Assembly: GCF_007431345.1 (NCBI RefSeq)
Contig: NZ_CP041730.1
Location: 1,061,715 to 1,093,714 of the forward strand
Length of the DNA: 32,000 nt
Source: Chitinimonas arctica
Lineage (GTDB): Bacteria; Pseudomonadota; Gammaproteobacteria; Burkholderiales; Chitinimonadaceae
Direction of reading: 5' to 3'
The notes under the pieces were generated by a model. It was given only the letters and a program-made list of their open reading frames with translations, was not told the DNA's origin and made no database searches. Position numbers and translations under genes: made by a program. Below, one piece after another: positions 1 to 8,852 of the stretch. Within the stretch, counting starts at the first letter, position 1, and each line of letters opens with the position of its first letter.

Positions 1-1152
1 ATCTACGCCTACGCGATGGGATTCCATCTGACCGGCGATATCAAGCTGCTGCGCCTGGCCCAAGCCGGCGTTGCCGATCTGCGCGAACGCGCTTTGGACC
101 GCAAGACCGGCAGCGCCGCCAGCTGGTACGAGAAGGGCAAACCCATGCCCGCCATCGGCTTGCGTACGGCACAGGATCTTTCCTACGCCGGCCTCGGCCT
201 GGCCAGTATGTATTACCTCACCCGCGACCCCCTGGTATTGGTCGACCTGATCAAGCTCAAGCAGCATATCTTCGCCAGCTACCGCGATGCCAAGACCGGC
301 CTGATCCGCTGGCAAGCCAAGGGCGGTAGCGAAGCCCAGCGCGAGGAACTGGTCGCCACCCTCGATCAGCTCAACGCCTATATGGTCCTGGTGGCCCCCA
401 TCCTGCCCGAGGGACCACTCAAGCAGCAGTGGCTGCAGGATATCGCCACGCTATCCAAGGCCATGGTCAGCCGCTTCCACGATGCGGAGCAAAGCCGTTT
501 CTGGGGAACACGCGGCCAGGCCGACAGCGAATCGGCCGACGGTCGTCACAATGACTTCGGCCATACGGTCAAGGCGTACTGGATGCTCTATCTGGGCGCC
601 CGCCTCAATCGCGACCAGTCATTGTCGGCTTTCGCCCGCGACGGCATGCGCAAGACGCTGGACCGGGCCTGGCTGAAAGACAGCGGCAGCTGGGGCGAAA
701 AGCTGCTCCCGGACGGGCGTACCGACCCGAACAAGAGCTGGTGGAGCTACGCCGAACTGGACCAAGCCGCCGCCACCCTCGCCATGCTGGAGGGCGATAA
801 GGCCGATCGCTGGAAAGCCGCCGGGGATTGGTGGTTGACGCATTTCGTGGATAGCGCGCGCGGCGAAGTCTGGGGCAGCCTACCCGCCGACGGGAAGGCT
901 GATACAACTCAACTGAAGCAGCATCATTGGAAGAACGGCTTCCATTCGATGGAACATGCGCTGGTGAACTACATCGCCTCCCAGGCCCTGGCCGACCAGC
1001 CTGCCACGCTCTATTTCGCACTGCCCAACAGCAAGCTCGCCAGAAACCTGACAGCCTATATGTTCGGCGGCCGCGAGATCAGCCGGCAGAATCTGAAGTC
1101 CGATGCAGGGGTGGTACAGCGGGTGGAATTTTCGCTGAAAACGGAGAAGTAA
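1..1152 (+). CDS. AGE (N-acylglucosamine 2-epimerase)-like / alpha-alpha-barrel sugar epimerase family protein, 5' truncated by window edge
   Basis: The frame is open from base 1 (IYAYAMGFHL...), so the Met at 16 need not be the true start. Protein has repeated helical segments and motifs such as HNDFGHTVKAYWML, KSWWSYAELDQAAATL and HHWKNGFHSMEHALV, typical of AGE-like barrels. Confidence 0.6.
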   Translation: MYAYAMGFHLTGDIKLLRLAQAGVADLRERALDRKTGSAASWYEKGKPMPAIGLRTAQDLSYAGLGLASMYYLTRDPLVLVDLIKLKQHIFASYRDAKTGLIRWQAKGGSEAQREELVATLDQLNAYMVLVAPILPEGPLKQQWLQDIATLSKAMVSRFHDAEQSRFWGTRGQADSESADGRHNDFGHTVKAYWMLYLGARLNRDQSLSAFARDGMRKTLDRAWLKDSGSWGEKLLPDGRTDPNKSWWSYAELDQAAATLAMLEGDKADRWKAAGDWWLTHFVDSARGEVWGSLPADGKADTTQLKQHHWKNGFHSMEHALVNYIASQALADQPATLYFALPNSKLARNLTAYMFGGREISRQNLKSDAGVVQRVEFSLKTEK

Positions 1153-1364
1153 AACTTGGCATATCCATGGGTATCCCGGTTTCCACCGGGGTGCTCATGC
1201 AGCCCTGCAAGCCGCGCCACTGACCGATCTCGCAACAAGCCAGCGCATTTGCTTCCATTTCTTCAGGCACATCTGCAATACTGGCTCCCCAGGTTGCCGA
1301 TCCCAAAAGCGCGGTCTAACATGCGATAGGGAATGTTTTCAATTGTTTACCGGAGGGTTTACCA

Positions 1365-1619
1365 ATGAAATACACGCTTCTTGTCGCTACGCTGCTCGCT
1401 GCCACCGTGCCATCGGTCTATGCCGCTGAAGCCGCCGCAGCATCCACTACCGGAACGACCGCAGGTACCACCGCCGCAGGCGCGGGTGCAACGGCCGGCG
1501 CCACCGCCGCAGTCACCACTTCCACCCTGGTTGCCGTAGGCGCGGGCGTTGCCGCAACGGTAGCCGCCACATCCAATTCGAACGACTCGTCGACGACCCA
1601 CAGCACGCCCACTCACTGA
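1365..1619 (+). CDS. Small secreted Ala/Thr/Gly-rich protein, YjbE-like (exopolysaccharide-associated)
   Basis: 84 aa with signal peptide (MKYTLLVATLLAATVPSVYAAEA) then low-complexity A/T/G sequence and a TSNSNDSSTTHSTPTH tail, resembling E. coli YjbE. GGAGG Shine-Dalgarno just upstream; located before a YjbH-like gene. Confidence 0.6.
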   Translation: MKYTLLVATLLAATVPSVYAAEAAAASTTGTTAGTTAAGAGATAGATAAVTTSTLVAVGAGVAATVAATSNSNDSSTTHSTPTH

Positions 1620-1650
1620 GTCGGGCGATGGCCGGTGTAACGTATCTGTG

Positions 1651-1688
1651 AACGAAATAGCCACGATATCGTGGCTATTTCGTTTTCT
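1651..1688 (+). terminator. Intrinsic terminator between the yjbE-like and yjbH-like genes
   Basis: Perfect 17-bp inverted repeat aacgaaatagccacgat/atcgtggctatttcgtt (1651-1684), with TTTTCT running from 1683. Confidence 0.8.
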
Positions 1689-1729
1689 CCGCTTGCGATA
1701 TCCCCCCACCCCTTCGCTACAGTCGACTA

Positions 1730-4534
1730 ATGCCCAAACGCCCCCGCTCCGCATTACTCCTCCCTTTATTGATTTCCAGTCTTTTTGCCCAGGCCGACAG
1801 CAGCCTAGGCGGCCAAAGCGGCCTGATCCAGATGCCGGATGCGCGTATCGGGCCGGATGGCACCTGGCGTTTAGGCTACAACCAGCAATCGCCTTACCGG
1901 GCGATCTGGAGCAGTATTTCACTGATGCCCTGGCTGGAAGCGTCGGGCCGATTTACCCGGGTTTCGGGCGTGAAAGGCTTCGCGGTGGATCAGGGCTATG
2001 GCGACTACGGCGACAAAGCCTTTGCCGCCAAACTCAAGCTGCACGAAGAAGAGGGTTGGCTTCCCAGCGTGGTGCTTGGTATCGACGACTTCGAGGGTAC
2101 CGGCTTGTTCAGTTCCCAGTACCTGGTTGCCAGCAAGCAGATCGGACCGCTGGACGTCAGCCTTGGCTATGGCAAGAAGCGTATCGACGGCGCTTTTGGC
2201 GGGGTACGCTATGCGCTGCCGTTTGCGGAGAATGTGCGATTGGTGGCCGAATATGAGGCAAACAATTACGCCAATGCCCAAGGCAAGGCCGCCAATCGAA
2301 AGAAAGGCGTGAATGTCGGCGTCGAATACAAATGGGGCTGGCTGAACGGCCAGCTGAGTCGCCTGAACGATGGGACGGTCGGCGCCAATCTGTTTGTCTC
2401 GGTACCGTTGAATCAAAAGGAATTCATTCCCAAATTCGACGAGCCGGCGGTCATGGCCAGCCTGCCGCCGCGGCCGACCGAGCAACAATGGCACAACGAT
2501 ACGCAATACCGTCGCAATCTACTGCGCGCGCTCAGCAAGCAGGACTTTCGCGATATCCGTTTCAATCTTTCCGGTACCACCCTGCAGCTCAGCCTGACCA
2601 ATACGCGCATCTCCAAACCCAGCCGCATCGCCGGGCGCGCGGCGCGCATCGCACTCGCCCATGCGCCATTCGGCACCCGCGAAATCGTCGTCACCATCGA
2701 GCAGAACGGTAGCAGCATCCAGAGCTATGAGTTCACCGATACCGATGCCTTGTCGAACTACTTCAACGGCTCCCTATCGCGTGAAAAGCTCGCCCGCACC
2801 ATCACCATTCGGCAACCCAGCCCAAACGAACAACTGCAAAAGGACGAAGCGGCCGAATTGCTGACAGCGCTGGACGATATGCGTTACAGCACCGAGCTGC
2901 AAGCTGGCGGCGGCAGCGGCGAACTGGGGCAACTGACGATACGCGATACCGGTTTGAGCAATCTGCGGATCTCACCCAAGATAGGTACCTACTTCAATGA
3001 CCCCAGCGGGGTACTGAAATACGATCTGTACCTGCATAGCGGCCTGACCGCGCGACTGGCACGCAATACCTTCGTCGAGCTGGCGGCCACGGCGACCGTA
3101 CTGGAAAACGTCTCCACGGTTACCCAGGCCTCCAACAGCGAGTTGCCGCATGTGCGTTCCGATATCGCCGACTACAAGCGCGACGGCCGGTATACCTTGT
3201 CGCGCGCAGTAGTGAATCAGTATTTCCATCTGGACAAGGGGCTCTATGGCCGCGCCAGTGCCGGGCTATACGAAGAAATGTACGGCGGCGTGGGTGGGCA
3301 GGTGCTGTACCAGCCGGACGGCGCCCCGGTGTCGTTCGACTTGGCCGTCGATTGGCTGAAACAGCGCGGTACCGCGGGTGATTTCCGCTTCCGCGACTAC
3401 AAAACCACCACGGCCATTGCGTCGCTGCACTATCGCATCCCCAGCCAAGGGATTACCGCCACGGTGCGGGCCGGCCGCTTCCTGGCCCGCGATGAAGGCG
3501 CCCGCTTTGAAATGTCGCGCCGCTTTCAATCCGGTGTCGAGGTGGGCGCTTGGTATACCGTTACCAACGGACATGACATCACCTCTCCCGGCACCCCGTC
3601 CAAGCCCTATCGCGACAAGGGTATTTTCATGACCGTGCCGCTCAATATCATGCTAACCCGCGATACCGCCGCCACCGGCAGCTACGGCCTGAGTCCGTGG
3701 ACGCGCGATGTGGGGCAGATGGTCAACTCGCCCGGCGACATCTATTCGCATGTCTCGCGCTATTTCAGCAACCGCGAAGATCATGACGGCCTGGTCGAGC
3801 TGGGCGACCATGACGACAACTACCCCATGCAGCGCCCCACCAGCCTGTTCTTCCGACGCCCCTTGCATGACTTCGGCGCCCTGTTGGCCAGTGGTGCGGC
3901 GGATACGGCCAGCATTAGCGCGCTCAAGAAAGGGGCGGTGGCCGGCGGGATGATCTGGTTGGCCAGCCGCCTGGACGATAAGGTGGATCGCAGGACCAGC
4001 AGGGCCGAGCCAAGCAAGCGGGAGCGTTCCACGATCAAGCTGGGTAACGCCCTGCCGTGGGCAGGCTTAGCCGTTTCCGGCGCGCTGGCCACCTACGAGG
4101 GCGACGATAGATTGAGTAGAACCGCCTACTCGGCGCTGCAGGCTGGCCTTGCCGCCGGCGCCTTGTCGGAAGCCGGCAAATGGGCTTTCGGGCGCGCCCG
4201 GCCCAGCACCGAAAAGGGCCATGGCAACTTCGACGGTTTCAATACCAAGCGGGCGCAACATAGCTTCCCCTCCAGCCATGTGGCCGTCGCGACCGCCGTC
4301 GTCACGCCTTTTGCCCAGGAATACAATCTGCCGGGCCTCTATGTACTTCCCGGCCTCACGCAATATGCCCGCCTGCGGGGTAGGGAACATTGGTTTTCGG
4401 ATGTGATGGCAGGCAGCATGCTGGGTTATGCGGTAGGCAATTACGCTTGGGAATGGAATCGCAAGCGTAGCAAAAACCAACCGTCGATCCAGATCGGTGC
4501 GCAATCGGTCAATCTAAGCTGGGATCTGCCATGA
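1730..4534 (+). CDS. YjbH-like outer-membrane exopolysaccharide protein with C-terminal PAP2 phosphatase domain
   Basis: 934 aa with signal peptide. The N-terminus, GQSGLIQMPDARIGPDGTWRLGYNQQSPYRAIWSSISLMPWLEASGRFT, is typical of YjbH (DUF940). The C-terminus has PAP2 motifs KWAFGRARP, SFPSSH and ARLRGREHWFSD. Confidence 0.8.
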   Translation: MPKRPRSALLLPLLISSLFAQADSSLGGQSGLIQMPDARIGPDGTWRLGYNQQSPYRAIWSSISLMPWLEASGRFTRVSGVKGFAVDQGYGDYGDKAFAAKLKLHEEEGWLPSVVLGIDDFEGTGLFSSQYLVASKQIGPLDVSLGYGKKRIDGAFGGVRYALPFAENVRLVAEYEANNYANAQGKAANRKKGVNVGVEYKWGWLNGQLSRLNDGTVGANLFVSVPLNQKEFIPKFDEPAVMASLPPRPTEQQWHNDTQYRRNLLRALSKQDFRDIRFNLSGTTLQLSLTNTRISKPSRIAGRAARIALAHAPFGTREIVVTIEQNGSSIQSYEFTDTDALSNYFNGSLSREKLARTITIRQPSPNEQLQKDEAAELLTALDDMRYSTELQAGGGSGELGQLTIRDTGLSNLRISPKIGTYFNDPSGVLKYDLYLHSGLTARLARNTFVELAATATVLENVSTVTQASNSELPHVRSDIADYKRDGRYTLSRAVVNQYFHLDKGLYGRASAGLYEEMYGGVGGQVLYQPDGAPVSFDLAVDWLKQRGTAGDFRFRDYKTTTAIASLHYRIPSQGITATVRAGRFLARDEGARFEMSRRFQSGVEVGAWYTVTNGHDITSPGTPSKPYRDKGIFMTVPLNIMLTRDTAATGSYGLSPWTRDVGQMVNSPGDIYSHVSRYFSNREDHDGLVELGDHDDNYPMQRPTSLFFRRPLHDFGALLASGAADTASISALKKGAVAGGMIWLASRLDDKVDRRTSRAEPSKRERSTIKLGNALPWAGLAVSGALATYEGDDRLSRTAYSALQAGLAAGALSEAGKWAFGRARPSTEKGHGNFDGFNTKRAQHSFPSSHVAVATAVVTPFAQEYNLPGLYVLPGLTQYARLRGREHWFSDVMAGSMLGYAVGNYAWEWNRKRSKNQPSIQIGAQSVNLSWDLP

Positions 4535-5217
4535 AACAGCTATTCATTGTATTGGCCTTCGCCTTGCCTTCCGCATTCGCCAATGCGGCGGATAGCTGCA
4601 AGGTACTGGACCCGGAACTGCACGGAAGCTACCAGGGGCCGTGCGACAGCGATGGCTATGCCAGTGGGCAAGGCCGGGCAAAAGGCCTGGCCGAGTATGA
4701 GGGCATGTTCAAGGCGGGAAAGAAGCATGGGAAGGGCGTGAAGACCTGGCCTGCGGTGGGGGACCGCTATGAGGGTGACTTCAGCGAGGATTTTCGCCAT
4801 GGCTGGGGTAAATACAGTTGGGGGGCTAAAAGCCAGTGGGCGGGGGAGCGGTATGAAGGGGGCTATCTACGTGACCGCAGGCAAGGCCAGGGAGCCTATT
4901 TCTGGCCTAATGGTGATAATTTCTCGGGCGAATGGCGAGACGACCTGCGCTATGGACAGACCGTGATGGAAATCCGCCGGAAGTTCAGCAAGGACTTGGC
5001 ACTCGCCGCCAGCCAGACTCCGGGAATGCAGCTTTGCCGAGAAGCGCGCTATGGTATTGCCAACAGGGTATTGCTGCGGGCGACCCTGGATCAAGCGGAC
5101 GCTACGCACCGAATCGTGCAATTGAGCAAGGAAAGCGCTCAAACCGGTTTGTACCCCGATGGCAGTGTGGATATCGCAAAGGAAATTGAGCTTTGGGCGC
5201 CTTGTTCGGCAGCTTGA
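4531..5217 (+). CDS. MORN-repeat secreted protein
   Basis: Signal peptide MKQLFIVLAFALPSAFANA, then MORN-type units YEGMFKAGKKHGKGVKTW, YEGDFSEDFRHGWGKYSW, YEGGYLRDRRQGQGAYFWPNGDNFSGEW. ATGA overlap with the upstream gene. Confidence 0.8.
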   Translation: MKQLFIVLAFALPSAFANAADSCKVLDPELHGSYQGPCDSDGYASGQGRAKGLAEYEGMFKAGKKHGKGVKTWPAVGDRYEGDFSEDFRHGWGKYSWGAKSQWAGERYEGGYLRDRRQGQGAYFWPNGDNFSGEWRDDLRYGQTVMEIRRKFSKDLALAASQTPGMQLCREARYGIANRVLLRATLDQADATHRIVQLSKESAQTGLYPDGSVDIAKEIELWAPCSAA

Positions 5218-5281
5218 TCACCACCAGCTTAGCGGCAGCAGCGGCAAGATCCCCGCTGCCGCATGCATCCCGATCAATGCG

Positions 5282-7264
5282 CTAAGCGCTACCGCGCGCG
5301 GCGGCGGCGGTCGCAACAATCGTGGGCCTCGTCCGTAAAGCATCCATCATGATCACCGACGACGGTACGGGATCACATCCCGCGCAAAGGTAATCGTTCA
5401 TCTCACCCGATGGCTGAAACCCGGAGACACAATCCTTCAGTACTTCAAAGATGGTCTTTTGATCATGCAGACTGCAAGCGACCCGAAGCGTCTCAAGCGC
5501 CTTTTCCAGTTCTAACCATTCGATGAATCGCTCCTGCGCCTTCATGATCTTGGGGTGTTCAGTGCCGATCACATCGTCGCCGATCAGCAATTCCTCGTAC
5601 AGCTTTTCGCCTGGCCTTAGGCCCGTGAATACGATATCGATTCCCGCGCGCATGCCACTCTTGGTGGGCAGCACATCGAAACCACTGAGATGGATCATTC
5701 TTCGGGCGAGATCGATAATCCTTACCGGCTCCCCCATATCCAACACAAATACTTCGCCGCTCTTACCCATCGCTCCGGCCTGAATAACCAATTGAGCCGC
5801 TTCCGGAATAGTCATGAAATAGCGGGTGATTTCGGCATGGGTCACGGTAACCGGGCCGCCTTCCGCAATCTGTCGCCGGAAAAGCGGTACAACCGAGCCG
5901 GACGATCCAAGTACATTGCCGAAACGTACCATCGCAAAGCGAGTACGTACCTTCGGATCCGCGGTCATGGCTTGAAGGACCAATTCAGCCATGCGTTTGC
6001 TGGCTCCCATGACATTGGTAGGGCGCACCGCCTTATCCGTGGAAATCAGCACAAAGGTGGCCACACCTGCCGCAACCGCCGCCCGCGCGGTCGAAAGCGT
6101 ACCAAACGTATTGTTCAGGATACCTTCCGTAATATTGAATTCGACTATGGGAACATGTTTATAGGCGGCCGCGTGATAAACCGTATTGACGCCGTAGCGG
6201 CGCATAATACGTTCCACCCTATCTTGTATCTGCACCGAACCGAGTACCGATACCACTTCGACCGACAAGTCCAGGTCACGAATGGATCGCTTCAACTCAG
6301 CATCAATACTGTACAGTGCAAATTCGCAAATCTCGTACAGGACCAGACACTTTGGTCCTTGAGCCAGTATCTGACGGCACAGCTCCGAGCCTATCGACCC
6401 ACCAGCTCCTGTCACCATCACCACACGTTCATGAATATCCGCCTGCAATAAGGCAACGTCGGGCGGCACCGCTTCCCGAGCCAGCAACTCATCGACGCTG
6501 ACTTCGCGAACATCGGCCAAGCTGATCTCGCCATTGACCAGATCCGCAACGCCGGGAATGGCCCGCACCTCCACCCTGAGATGTTCCAGGCGATCAATAA
6601 TGTTCAATCGCTGGGCATAGGGCGCAGACGGCATGGCCAATAACACCCTCGTTGCGCCGGTAAGCTTGACCACCGCCGAGATATCCTTGCTGGGATAGAC
6701 CTTGATACCCACGATGGACAAGCCTTGCTTGGACTTGTCGTCGTCCATAAAGGCAACCGGGTCGAACTCGGTACCGGCCCGTAAGGCTACCGCCAATTGC
6801 CGCCCCGCGTCACCGGCACCGTAAATCAGGATTTTGCGCCGATGATTGCGTGGATTCACGGCAGAGCGCAGCAGGGCTCGAACCATGTAGCGGCTGGCGC
6901 AGACATAAGACACACATAGGCACCAAAAAATGGGAAAAGCGGCCAGCGTAAAGAAATGGAAATCAAGCAGGCGCGCCAGGACCGCATACACAATCAGTGC
7001 AAACGACACGGCCCTGATAGCCGTTGCAACCGCTCGCTCATCCAAATAACGTATTACCGCACGGTAGAGCCCGGATTTAATAAACACGGGCAGGCTCACT
7101 ACCGACAACATAACCAGCTCGGACACTATACCCGTATCAAACCCCCAACTACCGGCATGCATGCAAACTGCAAGCCATAAACAAAGCGGCAGTAGGAAAA
7201 AATCCGCCAGCACCATAATAATGCTTTTTGCATAACGCGGGAGTCCAGCAATTCTTCTTAGCAT
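5282..7264 (-). CDS. pglF: Membrane-anchored UDP-N-acetylglucosamine 4,6-dehydratase, PglF/WbpM/FlaA1-like
   Basis: 660 aa with N-terminal TM segments, CoA-binding-like region, VTGAGGSIGSELCRQI Rossmann motif, and VLISTDKAVRPTNVMGASKRMAEL SDR signature. Confidence 0.85.
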   Translation of the reverse strand: MLRRIAGLPRYAKSIIMVLADFFLLPLCLWLAVCMHAGSWGFDTGIVSELVMLSVVSLPVFIKSGLYRAVIRYLDERAVATAIRAVSFALIVYAVLARLLDFHFFTLAAFPIFWCLCVSYVCASRYMVRALLRSAVNPRNHRRKILIYGAGDAGRQLAVALRAGTEFDPVAFMDDDKSKQGLSIVGIKVYPSKDISAVVKLTGATRVLLAMPSAPYAQRLNIIDRLEHLRVEVRAIPGVADLVNGEISLADVREVSVDELLAREAVPPDVALLQADIHERVVMVTGAGGSIGSELCRQILAQGPKCLVLYEICEFALYSIDAELKRSIRDLDLSVEVVSVLGSVQIQDRVERIMRRYGVNTVYHAAAYKHVPIVEFNITEGILNNTFGTLSTARAAVAAGVATFVLISTDKAVRPTNVMGASKRMAELVLQAMTADPKVRTRFAMVRFGNVLGSSGSVVPLFRRQIAEGGPVTVTHAEITRYFMTIPEAAQLVIQAGAMGKSGEVFVLDMGEPVRIIDLARRMIHLSGFDVLPTKSGMRAGIDIVFTGLRPGEKLYEELLIGDDVIGTEHPKIMKAQERFIEWLELEKALETLRVACSLHDQKTIFEVLKDCVSGFQPSGEMNDYLCAGCDPVPSSVIMMDALRTRPTIVATAAAARGSA

Positions 7265-7384
7265 TGGTTGCCGCCTACCTATACAGGTTTAGTTATCGAT
7301 CAAATTCCCCCAAACAACTTCGCCTTCAATATAGAGCAGATCAAAGAAGTATCAACCTAGCATGCTTCACTGCAGAAAATTATC

Positions 7385-8851
7385 TCACCGAGTTAAGTAA
7401 TTACTAATAAGCTCCACTACACGCTCTTGCTGATCGGCAGACATATTCGAACCGGATGGCAAGCAGATACCACGGTTAAACAACGCCGCACACACCGATG
7501 ATTCAAAATGATCGAATGAAGGACAGCTTGCAAAGATCGGCTGCATATGCATGGGTTTCCACAGCGGCCGGGCCTCGATGCTGTCTGCCGCCAGGCGCCT
7601 GATCAGGTCCGTACTGGATACCGTCGCATCTTCACTCAAGGTACAGGCAGTCAACCAATGCGTGGAGCGACTCCACTCCGGCTCCGGCATCCATTTCAGC
7701 AAGGGAAGATGCGCCAATTTCTCCTTATAGACTTGAAAGACATTACGCCTGGCCTCGACCCTTTCATCCAATACACGTATCTGACCACGCCCCACCCCGG
7801 CCAATATATTGCTCATGCGATAGTTATAGCCAATTTCGGTATGTTCATAATGCGGTGCCGCATCGCGAGCCTGGGTTGCCAAGAAGCGTGCTTTCTTGAT
7901 CAAATCCTCATTTTCCGACACCAGCATGCCCCCACCCGAGGTGGTAATGATCTTATTGCCATTAAAAGAATAAATACCCATCACACCGAAGGTACCGCTC
8001 CATTTACCCTTATATTTCGCACCTAAGGACTCGGCAGCATCCTCCACCATGGGCACGCCGTATTTTTGACATAGATCCATAATGGGATCCATATCCGCAC
8101 TTTGCCCATATAAGTTGACTACAATTACCGCCTTGGGCAATTTTCCTTCCCGCTTTGCCCAGACAAAAGCCTTTTCCAAAGCAATAGGCGACATATTCCA
8201 GCTTTGCGGCTCGGAATCGATAAATACCGGCTGCGCGCCCTGATAAATAATCGGATTTGCACTTGCGACAAATGTCAGCGAGGAACAAAACACCCAATCG
8301 CCTTTGCCAACACCTAATATACGCAAGGCCAAATGGATGGCGGCGGTTCCCGAACTCAACGCTGCCGCATGGGAAATACCAACATACTCTGCCAACTCCT
8401 TCTCGAAAGCATCTACATTGGGCCCCAGCGGGGCGATCCAATTGGTCCGAAATGCTTGATCGACGAACTCCCGCTCCCACGAACCCAGATGCGGTGTCGA
8501 CAACAATATCTGCTCGTCGAGATCTCGCCGTTCGATTACCTTGATGACGCATCCTGCCTCATCCAGTACCGGTAGATGATTGATCATATGTTGATTCATC
8601 AATGCCAGGGCGACTTCGCGCGTGATGCCTTCCTGCACGACGATGGACTCGATACGAGGTAGCCCCATCAAGTTGTCCTGCAGTTGCACCCCATCGAGCA
8701 ATAGGCGCCGGATATCGCCATCCGTGATCGTGCGCTCGAAAACCCTTTGCTCATTCTGCAGCAGCAGGATGCCGGATGCCTGTACGTCCAGGATAGCCAG
8801 CGCATCAAAAAGTGTAGTGGACCGACCGACGCTGATTTCAGCAATATTCAT
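7385..8851 (-). CDS. pglE: CBS-domain pair fused to DegT/DnrJ/EryC1/StrS (PglE/LegC-like) PLP aminotransferase
   Basis: Likely start MNIAEISVGRSTTLFD at 8851 (the ORF track starts 13 codons earlier). CBS-like N-terminus (TLFDALAILDVQASGILLLQNEQRVFERTITDGDIRR...MNQHMINHLPVLDEAGCVIKVIERRDL), then the aminotransferase with YSFNGNKIITTSGGGM PLP-lysine motif. Confidence 0.8.
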   Translation of the reverse strand: MNIAEISVGRSTTLFDALAILDVQASGILLLQNEQRVFERTITDGDIRRLLLDGVQLQDNLMGLPRIESIVVQEGITREVALALMNQHMINHLPVLDEAGCVIKVIERRDLDEQILLSTPHLGSWEREFVDQAFRTNWIAPLGPNVDAFEKELAEYVGISHAAALSSGTAAIHLALRILGVGKGDWVFCSSLTFVASANPIIYQGAQPVFIDSEPQSWNMSPIALEKAFVWAKREGKLPKAVIVVNLYGQSADMDPIMDLCQKYGVPMVEDAAESLGAKYKGKWSGTFGVMGIYSFNGNKIITTSGGGMLVSENEDLIKKARFLATQARDAAPHYEHTEIGYNYRMSNILAGVGRGQIRVLDERVEARRNVFQVYKEKLAHLPLLKWMPEPEWSRSTHWLTACTLSEDATVSSTDLIRRLAADSIEARPLWKPMHMQPIFASCPSFDHFESSVCAALFNRGICLPSGSNMSADQQERVVELISNYLTR

Positions 8852-8852
8852 T

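Noticed and set aside
1168-1187. Short cccggt-ttcc-accggg hairpin after the AGE-like gene
   Set aside because: The 6-bp stem with no U-run could be chance in GC-rich DNA; not enough to annotate.
1359-1922. 187-aa minus-strand ORF over the yjbE-like gene
   Set aside because: Spans the intrinsic terminator and two plus-strand gene starts; Gly/Arg/Cys-rich shadow of an Ala/Thr-rich gene.
5232-5262. Inverted repeat gcggcagc...gctgccgc as a terminator between the convergent MORN and pglF genes
   Set aside because: The 8-bp stem is real but has no T-tract on either strand, so it is too weak to call an intrinsic terminator.
5690-6451. 253-aa plus-strand ORF antisense to pglF
   Set aside because: Shadow frame of the conserved dehydratase domain with no coherent motifs.
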